The notes beneath the pieces were generated by a model. It was not told where the DNA came from and ran no database searches. It saw nothing but the letters and a program-made list of their open reading frames with translations. From NCBI RefSeq assembly GCF_004010195.1, contig NW_025214932.1, positions 17,311 to 55,336 on the forward strand: a stretch of 38,026 nt of DNA, in the 5' to 3' direction. A program made the translations under genes and the position numbers. Below, piece after piece: positions 23,550 to 36,520 of this stretch; within the stretch, counting starts at the first letter, position 1; every line of letters begins with the position of its first letter. The stretch comes from Chiloscyllium plagiosum. Its lineage: Eukaryota.

Positions 23550-24189
23550 GTGAGCAAAGCTGAAATGGGAACAAGCATAGCTAGAATTGGCCCTGTCTGT
23601 TGATGACATGTGACAGTACCAAAGTATAAAGCTGCCATATACTCGGATACATGCTTCAATAACTCCACTTCAGTTTGTGTTGGTCAATAATACCTTCGCC
23701 ATTCGCGTGATGCACTTGTAAGCAATGGTACTGTCTGAGAAAGTTCCACAATGACAGTCATGCAAAGCCTCACCATTGGCAGTTAGACAGATTCTGCACT
23801 GGGAAGAAGTAACTTTGGAGCTTATAGAGAAATGGTCCTTGTTGTGTTAATTAATTATTGGCAGCAGTGTCTTGAAGACCAGGATCTAGCAAATTGATGT
23901 GTGTGTCAAATGGCATACCACACCCATTCTGAATGGAGAGTGGTGACATCAGAAGATAAATATATTAATTGGCTCTTGAGTAAGATTTGCAATGAGTAAC
24001 TTTAATCACAACATCCTGGCATATGGGTGTACCAGGGCACTTTGGTACAATGTGATTCTTCACACGTCACATTCTTGGTCTCAGACGGTGGAGTTGGAAG
24101 AGATACATAACAGAATGTGACAAGTTACAGGGTGTTAATCAATCAATCCAACTACCCCAACAATCCAATACAGTGTGAATCAATCTGAA

Positions 24190-25012
24190 AATCATTGAAT
24201 TCTGGAGAAATATCAGAAGATCGGAAAGACTGCTATTGTGATAGCCCTATTCAAAAAGGAGGGAGGCAAAAAAAAAGGTTACTATGGGCCAATTAGTCTA
24301 ACATCTATTCTTAGAAAAGTATTGGTATCAATTATTAAGGAAATACTAGAACATTTGGAAAAATCGTAACCAATCCAGCAGAGCCACCATGGCTTCATTA
24401 CAGAGAAATAATGGAATGTTTGCCCTTATTTCAAGAGGGTTGGAGTATAAAAGTAGGGAAGTCTTGCTGCAACAAGGTGCTGGTGAGGCTGCATCTGGAG
24501 TATTGTGAACAGTTTTGGGATCAATACTTAAGGAAAGATATAATTTCATCAGCGGCAGTTCAGAGGTTCATTAGATGAACCCTGGTATGGAGGGATTGTG
24601 TTATGAGCAAAGGCTAAACAGGTTGGAACTCTACTCACCAGAGTTTAGAAAAATGAGAGGTGATCTCATTGAAATATAAAGGATTCTTAAGGGGCTTGAC
24701 AGAGTGAATGTTAAGAGGATGTTACCACCCTTGGGGGTAGAGCCTGGCACCAGAGTGCATTATCTCAGATTGAAAGGGGTGGCAGTTTAAGACTGAGGTG
24801 AGGATGAATTTCTTCTCTAAGGTTCAAGAGTTTTTGGAACTCCTTGCCACAGCAAGCTGTGGGGGCAGAGTCCTTCTGCATATTCTTGATCAGTCACTGA
24901 ACCTTTTACGGTGAATAGGCAAGAAAATGGATGTGAGGAATGTTAGATCAGCCATGATCCTATTGAATGACAGGGCCATTGAGCCTACTTGTGTTCCTGT
25001 TTCTTATGGCCT
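24190..25012 (+). mobile_element. CR1 LINE with large internal deletion
   Basis: LFKKEG...YGPISLTS...HHGF joined directly to LISRGLEYKSREVLLQ...HLEYCEQFW...KMRGDLIE and the CR1 3' tail; the RT core is missing. Confidence 0.88.
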
Positions 25013-25664
25013 TAACCACTAGTATTACAGTGACCTCAGAACTGGCTTCCCATTTGCCTTAATGGCTGTGGAATGGGTCATGACAATGATGGAATGTCAA
25101 TGACAGAAACATTAAAACAAACAATGGAAGAAGTAAAGACTTGATTTTTGAACATTTATGTGAGACCCCCACAGTTTCTGAAAACAAATTACTTGTCAGA
25201 AATTGACAGCCACTTTGATAATATACTACTCAACAAGTGCCTGGCTAATGTAGCGCGGATGCCTCTAGGCTTTCTGGAATGATCCCGAGACATCGTATTT
25301 GAAGTCAGCAGTCACTTTAATTGTCATGTACATGTCAACAGTGACAATGGACAGTATTCGCAAAATTTCATGATTAAGTTGACAAAGCTGCTCAAAGGCA
25401 TCCAGGGGGGAGGCAGTTATCAGGGTGGGGCAAATTAGATGTTCCAGACATTTCTTCTGGAAAGATAACAAAACAGTACGAAGGATCAGATAATAGATCT
25501 GCAGTCTTGCCATATCCAATTGTGAATGGTGATGGATAATTAGGGAGCTATTTGAGCAGAAGATTCCATTAAAATATCATTTTCATTGGTGGAGACCAAT
25601 CTTTGGCCAATTTAGTTCATTCCACCTGATATCAGACTATGGCTGTGTGCAGTGGATACAGCAA

Positions 25665-26165
25665 AAACATTGGGGCTGACAACAGCTCTCGTCCTAAGTA
25701 CTTGTGTTCAAGAACTAGCTGTGTCTCAAGCTAAGCTGTTTCAGTGCAGCTACAACATTAGCATCCACCCAATAATGTGAAAAATCACCTCTGATTTCTT
25801 GCTCACAAAAAAAATCAGGTCAAATCCAATCCAGGTAACTACCACCCTATTGGTTTTCTCTATATTATCAGCCGGGTGATAGGACATGGTATTGCAGATG
25901 ACATCTTCATCAAGCAGCGCTCGATAGTGACCTGGTCACTGATACTCAGTTTGAGTACCACAGTGCCCACTTGGCTTCAGACCACATTGCAAGCCTGGTC
26001 CAAACAGAATCACAGAAGTGTTGCTGTGCAGAAGGAGACCTGTCAGCCAATTGTAGACAAACATAGACAAAAGAGTTGAATTCCTGCAGTAGAATGAGAG
26101 TAACTGCTCTTGACATTAAGGCAACATTTGACTGAATGTGACACAGAGAGCTCTAGGAAAATTGG
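25665..26165 (+). mobile_element. L2/CR1-group LINE RT N-terminal fragment
   Basis: VLSTCVQELAVSQAKLFQCSYN, KSNPGNYHPIGFLYIISRVI and VTALDIKATFD motifs, with stops. Confidence 0.8.
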
Positions 26166-26589
26166 CATCAGTTAGCAGTTTACTGCTGAATAAGTGTAAC
26201 TTGATATACTGTTAGTGAGACCTCTCGTCACTTTGATTGCACGCAGACCAATGGAGTGGTGATTTATCGGATTTCGTCTAACCTGTTTTCTGTGGATAGA
26301 ACATAACTCAGTTTGGCACGTTCCAAGGTTCAAGACTACTTGCTAAGAGAAACTCCTGCTTTAGTACATTGAGGGGCTGAAAACAGAAGAACTGCGTTGA
26401 CCTGTTAAATGTTAAACATAAATATAGATGTAGTAAGTGACATTCAGGATTAAAAACAAACTTATTTGTTTTGTATTTTATGTCATATAATTTATTCATA
26501 CAATTAATTGAAGTATGTTTTTGGAAAAGCAGTTCCATATCTTCCAGTAAATGCCAGTGTAGTAACAGTTCTGAAACAACTGAGCTAAA

Positions 26590-26765
26590 AATGAATTTCA
26601 ATTCTTATCACCTTCAAGATTCATTCCCTTCACGACTGGCATATTATGGCTTCTACATCTGTAAGTACAAAGTGCACTGCCGCAACTCATCAAGGCTCCT
26701 TTCTTTCCAAGTCTATGATCTCTGCTGACGGGAAGGCCAAGTGCAACTGTCACATGGGCACATCT
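26590..26765 (+). mobile_element. C-terminal fragment of an L2/CR1-group LINE
   Basis: YICKYKVHCRNSSRLL resembles the region read on the minus strand near 4680-4740. Confidence 0.5.
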
Positions 26766-27185
26766 TCAATGGGCTGCATTTGCAAACACTGCTGCATGCT
26801 CACTCTGTGCCACTTGAATTGCATGGATGCAGGTTTCAGGAGGCCATAGCTAGAGTGGGTGGAGGAGTGTTGGGACTGGGTGGGGGAGGGGGGGTGCGGG
26901 ATATTGATAGAGGGTGGAAGGGATGCTGGGGGTGACCAGGAGGGCCAGGGAGAGTAAAGAAGGTAAACAGAAGGAAGGGTCTCCAAACTCCTGGGACCTC
27001 CATGTCAGCTCACCTCCCCAATCTCTGGCTCTGGGGCTGTCTTTCTCTTCCTTTCTCATTTTGGGAATTTTCCACCATCCCCATCCCATGCCTGGCATTC
27101 TTCTTCCTATTACTGAAGCCCACTTCAAAATCGCGCATACTTCCTTGCACATATATAGAGTAATATATTTGCCCATGACGTCTCA

Positions 27186-28285
27186 TTGAATTGAATTTGT
27201 CACATGTACCGAGGTACAGTGAAAAGCTTTGTCTTGTGAGCAATGCAGGCAGATTTCATAGTTAAATAGTATAGTTAAGTAAATAATAGGTAAACAGCGG
27301 CAAAAACCAAAAACAGGTACAGGCGAATGCTAAGCGTTTGTGAGTCCATTCAATATTCCAACAACAATAGGGTAGAAACTGTTCTGAAACCGGCTAGTGC
27401 GTGCGTTCAGGCTTCTGTACCTTCTCCCCGATGGTAGAGGTTGTAGAAAAGCATTGACCGGGTGGGACGGATCTTAGAGAATGCTGGCGGGCTTTCCTTG
27501 ACAGTGGGCCTGGCAGATGGATTCTATAGATGGGAGGTTGGCCTTTGTGATTCTCCAGGCCGAGTTCACCACTCTCTGTAACTGTCTCTGATCTTGAATG
27601 GTACAGTTGCCATACCAGGTAGCGATGCATCCAGACAGAATTCTCTCGATGGCGCACCTATAAAAGTTGGCAAGGGTATTTGCCATCATGCTAAATTTTC
27701 TCAGCTGCCTGAGGAAGAAGAGACGTTGCTAGACCTTTGTAACCAGTGCATCCACATGAAGAGTCCCAGAAAGCTTTTTGTTGATGACCACTCCCATTGT
27801 TGTTCCACCTCTGTACTGTTAATGTGTAGGGGGGGGGCATGAGTAATATCCCATGAAAGTCAATAATGGGTTCCTTGGTTTTGCCGACATTGAGAGTTAA
27901 GTTGTTCTCAGTGCACCATTTTTCCAGGTCTTCTACCTCCCATCTGTTGTCTGTTTCGTCACCATCTGAGATTCGACCAACTATGGTGGTTTCATCAGCG
28001 AACTTGTAAATGGCATCAGTCTGGTATTTGGTGACACAGTCATAGGTGTATAGTGAGTACAGTAGGGGCTAAGTACACCTCCCTGAGGGGCTTCAGTGCT
28101 GAGTGTTAGTGAGGATGAAATATCGTCCCCAACCTTGACTGACTGTGGCCTGTGGGTCAGGAAACTGGGGATCCATTTGCAGAGAGTGGGGCTTAGTCCG
28201 AGATTACTAAGTTTAGTAATCAGTCTCGAGGGGATAATAGTGTTGAAGGCTGAACTGTAGTCAGTGAGTAGGATTCTTACATAGA
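27186..28285 (-). mobile_element. Rex1/Babar-clade LINE, 5'-truncated
   Basis: [18 protein letters not shown]...[10 protein letters not shown]...[43 protein letters not shown]; 3' (aattc)n tail at 27186. Confidence 0.92.
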
Positions 28286-28399
28286 CTTCTTGACACCAAA
28301 AACAGCTACACATTGATATCAGTGCTTAGAACCAAAGAGTGTGCGTGTGTAGTTGCCTGCAGTCATCAGTATTAAATACTGCCTCACCTATATTGAGAT

Positions 28400-28545
28400 T
28401 CCTTCAGTTTTACTGAGTCAGAGTCAGGGAACTCCTCTCTTAACAGCACTGTAGATATACCTTCAAACCATGGACTGCTGTGCTTTCAGAAGGAGGATCA
28501 CCATTGCAATCCTAAGGGTCATGGGAAATGGACAATAAATTCTAC
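28400..28545 (+). mobile_element. 3' end of the L2/CR1-group LINE family
   Basis: gggaactcctctcttaacagcactgt...ggactgctgtgctttcagaagg...caataaat resembles the reverse complement of 4400-4540. Confidence 0.55.
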
Positions 28546-29340
28546 TAGTTGGTTGGCAGTTTGAATGATAAAACAAGCAAAGCCTGCCTGATCTGGAATG
28601 CTGGCAGGAGCTTTTAGGTCAGTGTTTTTGTGTACAAACTTACACTATTCAAGGAAGTAAAATATAACCTAGGAATTGTCTTGTATTTATTAGGTATTGA
28701 AAGTCTTTCATGGTCATATGATTTGCAGGATTATAATTTTGTCATTTGTATCAACTGCAAGATAGTGACTTTACCAGTACACTGGCGTGGTTTGGATCAA
28801 AAAGGTAAAATTGCAAAGAGTATGCAAATGGTCATCACATACAGTGGGCTATGTACTACAGGGACTGAGTTGAAACATGTTTTAGGCTGAGGTTCCATCT
28901 ATTCTATGTCTGACCATCCTGTGCTAATTTGGGATTACTCCACACTGATGCCAAATTGAGAACCTGAGTTCATTCTGATGTCAGGCACTGTTCCCAATCA
29001 GCATTACACGTGATTAACTTCTGCTTGCACCATGAAACCTGATAGTCTAACTTTTTTATAAACAAAAATATTAATCAGAACAGAAAACCTTTGAGCGCAG
29101 AGACAAACGATTTGGCCCACCAGGTCTCTGCTGGTTTTTCTTAGCTCCACATGAACCCCCCTCCTACCTTACTTCAGCGCCTGTTTTCGACGTATCACCT
29201 GACTCTATTAAAATATCGATAGTGTATAAATGTGTTTATATGGACTTTGTATTCTGGAGTATGATAGGTACAATGATTAAAAACTTCTCTTTGGAAATAG
29301 CAATATGCAACAGAGGGAAAAAAAAGAGGGAAAGTTCCAG

Positions 29341-29448
29341 ATCAGGAACATTTCTGATGAAGAGCTTATGCTCTAAATGTCGATTCTCCTGTTCCTCAGA
29401 TGCTGCCTGACTGGCTGTGCTTTTCCAGCACCCCACGTTTTGACTCTG
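29341..29448 (+). mobile_element. Solo Penelope pLTR fragment with a mutated hammerhead core
   Basis: CTGATGA-A-GAGC-TTAT-GCTC-tAAA-tGTC at 29354-29381 followed by gatgctgcctgac...gcttttccagcacc. Confidence 0.85.
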
Positions 29449-30649
29449 AAAGAGAAAGGCAGCGTAAGAACTTTTACAGATTGGATTGGGCACCTGTCTA
29501 TCTCTGTTTTTGAGCCTGTTACAAAGGCTTTAAATATAATGGTGGGTCTGCATAAAGCTTAGAATAATATAACCTCGGTTTTGATCTTAACTAATTTTGC
29601 TGCTTCATATGCATTTGAGAATAATTTCATTACAGGCACACCCATTGTCTTTTAATGTATTGAGACTTCTCATTTTGAATATATCGCCTGAGGTTTTGGC
29701 TTGATAAAATGTCATCTTCTTTCACACATGCAAATGGTATTGAAATTGTAGAACCCTCCACCCTGAGCAAATACTTTAGCGGTCACATTTTAAATCTCCA
29801 TTGTTTATCACAGTGAAACATGGATGTCATCTCTATGTTCATATATGTTAGGCCGTGTTTATCATGGATTACTGTTATAAACTAATACTGGAGGGCAAAT
29901 GATTCCTGAAATGTATTTTACCTGTTAATGGAAAGTAACTCCGAGATCTGATAAGGGAAATCATACAAAGTAATAGGTTCTTGCATGGGCTGCTATTATA
30001 CTCTTAGTCCCATACCATTGACCAAGTTTTATTAAGGCTGTTTAGAAGGATGTTCAAGACATGTTATCCACTCTGAAGATATTATCATCACTATTTCCAG
30101 TCCCACCTAAGCTTCTCTGGTCCATGCAAATGTTTTTGAGCATTTGCTGACTTAGTGGGAAGGTCCAGTGTGATATGCACAAATCACCTTCACACTGTGC
30201 AATCGATACTTGTGTATTGTGGAACTTAGAGAGCTCTGTTCTGATAATTTTGACTTCTCTAAATGGTCAATATCTATTCTTGACTTATGCACACAGCTGC
30301 AAAATTTCATTTTAACTTGAGAAGCAGTTAGTTCCTTGTGCAAAGCTGAACAGAAGAGTTAAAGACTTGTCACACTCTGTTTGCTAACCCCCCCAACCCC
30401 CCCTTTCAATTTGCTTTGCAAGGGAGGGAGTGGGGAAATGTTTGTTTCTAATTATGTTGACATCATATATATTTTACATAAATCCTGGTGTGAAGTCACC
30501 ATGGCTGCGACAGGGTTAATAGGGTCTCCGTCCAGAAGAGACCCAGCTGTGCATCATCCAAAGACGGTTAATGCAAGTGTCCAGCTCTCTTGGCTCAGAA
30601 TTACTGGGAGGGGGAAAACCCTGGAAATGGCCCATAGCCAAACATAGAG

Positions 30650-31670
30650 CTAGACACTGATTGGAATTGGCCTTTGTCCTATTACAGAGAAAGGAGTTAG
30701 CTGTTTGGTGAGTCTCTGGTGAATGTTAATGGTATTTTATTTTCTTAGATTTCAATATAGTCCAGTATACACGTTAATGAAATATATCAAAGGCAGCATA
30801 AGTAAGTGAATAACATAATTAAAACCCATTAAGAATGGCCCAACAGATAATGTATGAGGGTTGTTGTATGTGGGAACTCCTGGATGCCACTGATCTGGGG
30901 TAAACGCATTTGTGCTGAGTACTTAAAGCGTGAGCAACTTTGGCTCAGAGTTTGAGTTGGAAGCTGAACTACCAGCATTGTGGTGCATCAAAGAGGGTGA
31001 TGATTAGCTGAAATCTTTGTACCAAGAGGCAGCCTCATAACTTAGGATAGTGACTTCTGAATTAGTCAGTGGTCAGGGAGAGGTGGGTGTGACTGTGAAT
31101 GAAGCAGATAAAGGTGCCTAGAAAGCAGGAGTGGCAGCCTCTGGAACTGTCTGATAGGTTTAATTATCTCTCAACCTGTTTAGATAAAAAAGGGGGCTGC
31201 AGGTTGGATGAGCATTCAAGTGAGGGGAGCAACACGATTAACTCTCATTGATAGCAGGTCATGATACAGTAAGGGGGATTGACTTTGTTCACCTGGTGCC
31301 AGGATTCGGGACATCTGCTCGGGGCTGATAAGGAACTTGCTGTGGTGGGGTAGGACCGAATGGTTATGTTCCATGGAGGCACCAACAACCTGGTAGAAGC
31401 AGGAAAGAGGGGCTTCAGAGGGGTTATGAAGAGCTAGGCGCCAAATTGAAAAGCAGAACCTTGAAGTTGTAATCTCTAGATTATTACCCGAACAGCATTC
31501 GCATTAGTGTCAGGTACGTAAAATTAAAGAGAATGAACGCATAACTTAAAGACTGGTGTGGAAAGTGGGTTATGTTTTTGAGGATATTTGGAATCATGAC
31601 CAGGAAATTGTGTGCTGGTATTATCCATACCTGAACGATGTTGAGGTCAGTGTTCTGGCAAACTGTTAAT
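30650..31670 (+). mobile_element. CR1 LINE 5' UTR plus ORF1 remnant (zinc finger/leucine zipper and SGNH esterase)
   Basis: MAQQIMYEGCCMWELLD from ~30835, ELEAEL...IKEGD, DTVRGID, PGARIRDI and FHGGTNNL (HVGTND-like) motifs with frameshifts. Confidence 0.8.
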
Positions 31671-32908
31671 TCAAGGGACTGGTGAAATTGGCTCCTTCGA
31701 AAACAAATTCATTTGGTCTGGGAGAAAGATATCCACACAGGAAGGAATACTTTATAAATTACTCTTGTTGTCACAATCAAGGGTGTAGATGAATAAAGAA
31801 GGGGAGACAATTCATCCTCCTCCTTGGAGTTTGTTAGTTTGGGATTTCCCCAGCTGGAACAGTAATAACCCCTTGGCAAAACAGAAGAGTTAAAGACTTG
31901 CCTAGGATCTCGTTCTAACTGTATGTATAATATTTGAGCATAGGATCATAGAATAGTAAAACACCAGAAGGCCATTTGGCCCATTGTGTGAGTGCTGACT
32001 TCAAAGACGCTATCTAAATAGTGCAATTCTCTTTATGTCCTACAAAGTTACCTCCATTAAGTATGTGACCATGTAAGTTGCCCTAAGTTTTTTTCCTGCA
32101 ATCCTGTATCGTCACATTTGCTAACAAGTCGTGTTTCAAATTTCTTTTGCATTCTGGCTCTGGATCTTCTTAAAGTCACGATCTCGTCCATACAGAAAGT
32201 AGTAACAAAAATTTGTTGCCGGCCTACAAGCTGAAAATTCAGCCAGAACAGAGTGTGTCCCTCAGCAGGCAGCACCAGCACTGGTGGGGAGTTATATTTG
32301 TCTGCGGTCTAGATGAAACCATCTCTTTGAGATGGGTCTCTGTGTTGCCAGGGGCACAAACAGTCCCCCATTTATAAAACAACAGGATCACTGCCAGACT
32401 TGGTGTTGGGAATAAATGTGGCGAGAGCTTGTGGTCATAACGCACACGTGGACTATGTCGTTTGGATTTGGAAAAAGTTTTCTAATGGAGCTATGTTTTT
32501 TTTTAAAACAAGCACCAATTGCTACATGAAAAAGAAACTAAAATCTCCTGAATACATATTTGAAAGCTGAAAAGAGAAAACAGCAAGCTGGATTAATTTG
32601 ACTATTAAATCTGGTGGCTCAATCAAAAGACTAACATGCTCGGCAAATTTTCATTTGCCTGAGGAGGAGCATTTCTGAAAGGCCAAGCTAGATTTTCTTC
32701 CCCAGAGGAAATCCCATTTTACTCTGCATTCCTGAAACCACACTACCTTTTGCATGACTTTTTCACAGGTCAGGAATGCTTACTGGGGAACAGTATGTTC
32801 ATGTGGGCCTCAACCTGGTGCAGGAGGATCTCTGGGGAATACTCTTTCTTGATATTCCTGGCTGCTCTGAGTGGCAATCAACCCAGAATAAGCTCAGCAG
32901 AGCTCAAG

Positions 32909-33229
32909 TTTTTTTATTTGTTTTACAGTATGTGGGAGTTGCTGGCTAGGCCAGCATTTATTGCCCATCCCTAATTGCTCAGAGGGCAGTTAAGCATCAA
33001 CCACATTGCTGTTGGTGTGTAGTCACATGTAAGCCAGACCAAGTAAGGATGACCATTTATTTCCTTTAAGGACATTAGTAAGCCAGGTGGGTTTTGCCAA
33101 CAATTGACAATGGTTTCATGGTCATCATTAGACTTTTAATTCCCAGTTTCTTTAATTGAATTTAAATTCTACCATCTGCCATGGTGGGATTCAAACCCAG
33201 GTCCCCAGAATACTACCAAATGCTATCGC
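32909..33229 (-). mobile_element. tRNA-derived SINE sharing its 3' tail with the L2/CR1-group LINE
   Basis: Minus-strand B-box gggtttgaatccc at 33186-33198; tail gctggctaggccagcatttattgcccatccctaattgc resembles 4416-4480. Confidence 0.8.
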
Positions 33230-34179
33230 ATGAATCAGCATAAGAATGTGGTTTGCCTTCTCAAGTCAGTGTAGTTCATGGAGTGTGAATCTCTTGAGGG
33301 GATGGTGTTGCTCTGCATTCCTGACAAAGGTTTGGCAATATCATCATCGCAAGACTAATGAAAGGATGGCAAGCCATCGCTCTAATTGAACTGATCTGCA
33401 AAATCTGCACTGTTTGATACCTCTGCCTCGCATGTGCCACAATCTACACCCTGAACCTGCCTCCTGTCACGTTGATGATAATTGCAGGTGAAGTTGTGAA
33501 AAGACCACCTCATATTTTGCAACCTGGAAATGAAAATTTGGCTTCTTGTCAGGTACAAATCATTGTATACATTGCAACTGTCAAAGTAGTGTGATTTATT
33601 AAGCAAAACTGCTTAAATAAATATAAAATGGGCAATTGGTTTGCCAGATTAAATTCTGAAAGTTGTTTATGTAAAATAATTGCTGTTTTAGTTTTCCAGG
33701 CCAAAGCTTTGACAGGAATTGCGTAGCCATGAAATAACTTACAATTCTTGAATGTCTGATTTATCATGTTTCTGTCTACCAAACACATCAGCAAGCCACA
33801 ATTATTAGTAATTTTTATGGTACTTTATTGAATTGTCTAAATCTCTTCTCCGCCAAGCTAGGTATCTATTTATTCAGGTATATATATAAGCACTGCATCA
33901 TGCTTATTTCAAGGAAATGTATATGTAATTTACTTAACCATTATAACAAAAGCTATATCAGATTCAAAGAATCTTCCATAAGATTTCTAGACAGTATGTT
34001 CATTTAAGTTAATTGAAGGCAATCACAAAATAAGTTACCTTAGCAAATCTATCTATATAGAAACAGAATCATAAATATCATTAAACTATTATCTTTTTTT
34101 TCAAAGCAATTTCATAACTTAATATTTGTACATAAGGGCTGAAATTTGCAAAAGCAACAAATTGTGGTGAACAGACAGA

Positions 34180-34525
34180 TCCAAAAGATGGTGGAGACCA
34201 TTGAATATTTTTAAGCTAGTGGTAGATGGATTCTTCTGAGGCAGGAAGTTAGGGTTACTGAGTAGCTGGAAATGGGGGATACGAAAGTCCTGAAGAAGAG
34301 CTTATGCTCGAAACATCAACTCTCCAGCTCCTCGGATGCTGCCTGACCGGTTCTGCTTTTGCAGCACCACACTATTTGACTCTGATCTCCAGCATCTGCA
34401 GTCGTCACTTTCTCTTTATGGGGAATACAGAACGCAAACATACTGACTATGATCTTTATGCATTGAATGGTGAAGCAGGCTCAAGGGGCAGAATGATCTA
34501 TATCTGCTCCTATTTCGAATGTTTG
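34180..34525 (+). mobile_element. CR1 3' end interrupted by a Penelope pLTR
   Basis: attgaatatttttaagct...gtagat; attgaatggtgaagcaggctcaaggggcagaatg...ctgctcctattt. Confidence 0.75.
34283..34417 (+). mobile_element. Solo Penelope pLTR with hammerhead motif and TSD
   Basis: CTGAAGA-A-GAGC-TTAT-GCTC-GAAA-CATC at 34290-34317; TSD atgggg[g/a]atac at 34272-34282 and 34418-34428. Confidence 0.85.
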
Positions 34526-35791
34526 TTTACACAATGTCTGGATTATTTCCCCATTGACTTCAATGGAAAAGAAACTTGGGCAAAGTGTAAAATGAGCTGC
34601 TGATTAATTTTGTTCCATTTCCTGCTTTTTCAGTAACACTGACATTACATTTTGGTTTTTATTCTTTACCCACTCCAGTTCCATTGTTATTTGTCACCCA
34701 GCTGTACTTTGGCAAAACTTACTTTACTTCATTTCCCAATCTTTGCTTCTATCATATTTTTTTTTCCCTGCCAGAAGCGCACATTATGATGTTTTCCATT
34801 GAATTATGTAGTTAGTGAATGGAAAAATCATGGGAGTGCACCAAGCATGGTATTTGTATATGACAAGATGTGACTGTATGTCTCAATTTTATGGATGAAA
34901 ACAAATGCAAGATCCTTATGAAAAATAATGTTTTGTTCAGTTGGGTTATATTTTTGTTCTTTATACATTTCTAGTATTGATTTTCTGTGAATTATAGGAC
35001 TAATTGTGTGTCCCTGCTCGAGAATACACAGAGACGAACAGTTATGGCAATACAAACTGCTAATCAAGGAAATAGAAACACTGTGGATGTTTTGTTATCT
35101 AGCTGACAGTGTGATATGAATTCCTGGAATAGGTGGGTGGGAAACAAAAGGAGTGCCAACTGACATTTTTCCAAGGAGCCTTCAAATGCCCTTCAGAACA
35201 GGACTCTCTCTGTGTTATAGTGAATCAACCTTTTAAGCTGATGTCCACATCCTCTTTTTTTGCAAAGGGTCATGATCTGTTTGAGATATTTTAAATTGTA
35301 TATTGTTGAAACATTGATATTTCCTTTAACTCCTGTATGGAGAATTTACTCCATTATTTGGATTCAGTGTCCTGTCTATCCTAACTGTCTGAGGTCAAAA
35401 ACTTATGTTGTAACTTGACAATTTAGAAATTGAAGTTGTATTGTGTGAAAATTGTAAGAAACATTAACACCTTTGTCTGCCTGCTAATTTAACAAAAGTT
35501 TTAAACATTTATTTTATTTCCGTTCATGTCTTTGTTGAAATAATGAAAAGAAAAGGCTTCTGATAATCATTTTGCCATTTTTTAAACCAAAATTCCACAG
35601 CAAACATTCAGTCACTTGTTTCAGAATTATTAAAAGTTTTGTCACCTCAGGATACTATGTAGAAAGTGCTATATGCTGCTTGTTGTCTATGGCATTTACA
35701 ACTAGTTCAGTGTGTGTATGCATTTACGTGGATCATTTATATTTTACTATTTATGCTTGTCACAAAGTAATCTCCTTACTGGTACTTTCAG

Positions 35792-36157
35792 GTCGTGCAG
35801 GTTTCCAACAGTGAAACTGTGCGGCAGATCCATTCAAAGTTGTATGCCATGTGCCCCTAAGCTTTAAAGAGCTGCTTCAAGCAGAAGTGGTTCAGCAGTA
35901 TTCTCAACCTGCCAGTCCTGTGGGATTTTGCACGTCATTTGGCACAAATTACTGAGTCGCAACTTTCACTTCTGCTTCTGGGTCAAAGTGCCAGCAAGGG
36001 TGAAATATTATCACAGGCTGACCAGTCAGCTGGCTGCTGCTGGAGAAAAAAATGGCCAACTGGTATTTTCTACCAATGCATATTGTGGGAATGGAAAAAC
36101 CCCATGAAATGCAGACTGCTCGGGAGAATCTCTGTTTCTCCTGCACTGTCACTGATG
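35792..36157 (+). other. Candidate 366-nt exon
   Basis: ctccttactggtactttcag acceptor and ATG|gtaagt donor; contains aaaaATGG at 36052 opening MANWYFLPMH...TVTD, which I do not recognise. Confidence 0.3.
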
Positions 36158-36294
36158 GTAAGTGGGATCAGTGGTGGTATTGCAATGCAAATCAGTCCCA
36201 CAGTTTTTGTGCATTACTAACTGAAGTAAGCACTGTGTTTCAACTGTAATCCACCTTTCACGTGTCAGTCTGTGTTGTTCATGTGCTGAATGCT

Positions 36295-36520
36295 GGAGAG
36301 TTCTCTAAATATTCTGACCAATATTTGTAACTCGACCAACATCCCAAACGCAAGTTAACTGTCCACTAACTGATCATGAGCAAATTAACAGACAATATGG
36401 TTCCTGCATTTCCTAAATTACAATAGGGGCTACACTTCAAAAAGTGCCTTGTTGGTATAAACCAAGTTTGAATGTCCTGAGGTTGTGAATGATGCTGTAT
36501 CAATGCAAGTCCCTTCATTT
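36295..36520 (+). mobile_element. DeuSINE 3' half, decayed
   Basis: ggagagttctc...tgaccaatattt; gctacacttcaaaaagt...tgtcctgaggttgtgaa...gctgtatcaatgcaagtc; homologous to 20340-20557. Confidence 0.7.
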
